Part shown: one piece after another, positions 63,671 to 64,000 of the stretch | Layout of the letters: each line of letters opens with the position of its first letter | Position numbering within the stretch: position 1 is the stretch's first letter | NCBI GenBank assembly: GCA_013239625.1 | Contig: MU053881.1 | Coordinates: 682,001-746,000, forward strand | Direction: 5' to 3' | Length of the DNA stretch: 64,000 nucleotides | From: Lama guanicoe | Taxonomy: Eukaryota | Notes under the pieces: generated by a model | Seen by the model: only the letters and a program-made list of their open reading frames with translations | Databases searched by the model: none | What the model was told of the DNA's origin: nothing | Translations under genes and position numbers: made by a program

Positions 63671-64000
63671 ACAGAGAAATGAAAAAGAATTCACCCATGT
63701 TCCTATCACCTAAAGTCCCTGTAAACATCCTGGATTATATCTTTTCCATATATATATATAATTTTTTTCTGTGCATGTGCATAATTATATATATTCTAGG
63801 AAATGGATTTATACTGTTATTGATCTATAAGTAGCCCCCCCAAAGAATACTGTATATTTTTAAGACTCAATATATATTATCAGTAGTCCTCCAGAAAGAG
63901 TGTACTGATTCACGTTCCAGCTTGCACAGCAACTTCTCGCATTCTTTCCAGCTCTATTATGGCTCTTTTTAAGGGTCATCACTTTGAAAAGTAGTAGCAA

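Overview
Mammalian genomic DNA, very probably a camelid: it carries eight copies of a tRNA-Ala-derived SINE matching the camelid Vic-1 type. The window covers the MAML1-CANX-CBY3 locus. MAML1 coding exon 1 and its CpG-island promoter lie on the minus strand (about 1.8-3.0 kb). The complete calnexin gene (CANX, minus strand) has 14 coding exons that join into an intact 593-aa ORF, a non-coding exon 1 near 31.15-31.35 kb, a 3' UTR of about 3 kb, and a promoter with a perfect ER-stress element. A two-exon CBY3 gene lies on the plus strand (45.1-47.1 kb). Between CANX and CBY3 are decayed processed pseudogenes of RPL7 and HMGN2. The rest is dense repeat sequence (L1, L2/MIR, LTRs, MER5A, MER20, SINEs). 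I found no convincing new multi-gene system. The most unusual structures are: (1) a 622-bp TSD-flanked retro-insert with no recognisable L1 or SINE sequence; (2) an L1 fragment flanked by a ~200-bp duplication; (3) nested retro-insertions inside the HMGN2 pseudogene; (4) a perfect 28-bp-arm hairpin near 63.6 kb; (5) MAML1 uORFs; (6) a possible frame switch in CBY3 exon 1. Repeat family names and the boundaries of old repeats are by-eye estimates, and comparisons to known genes come from recall, not database searches.
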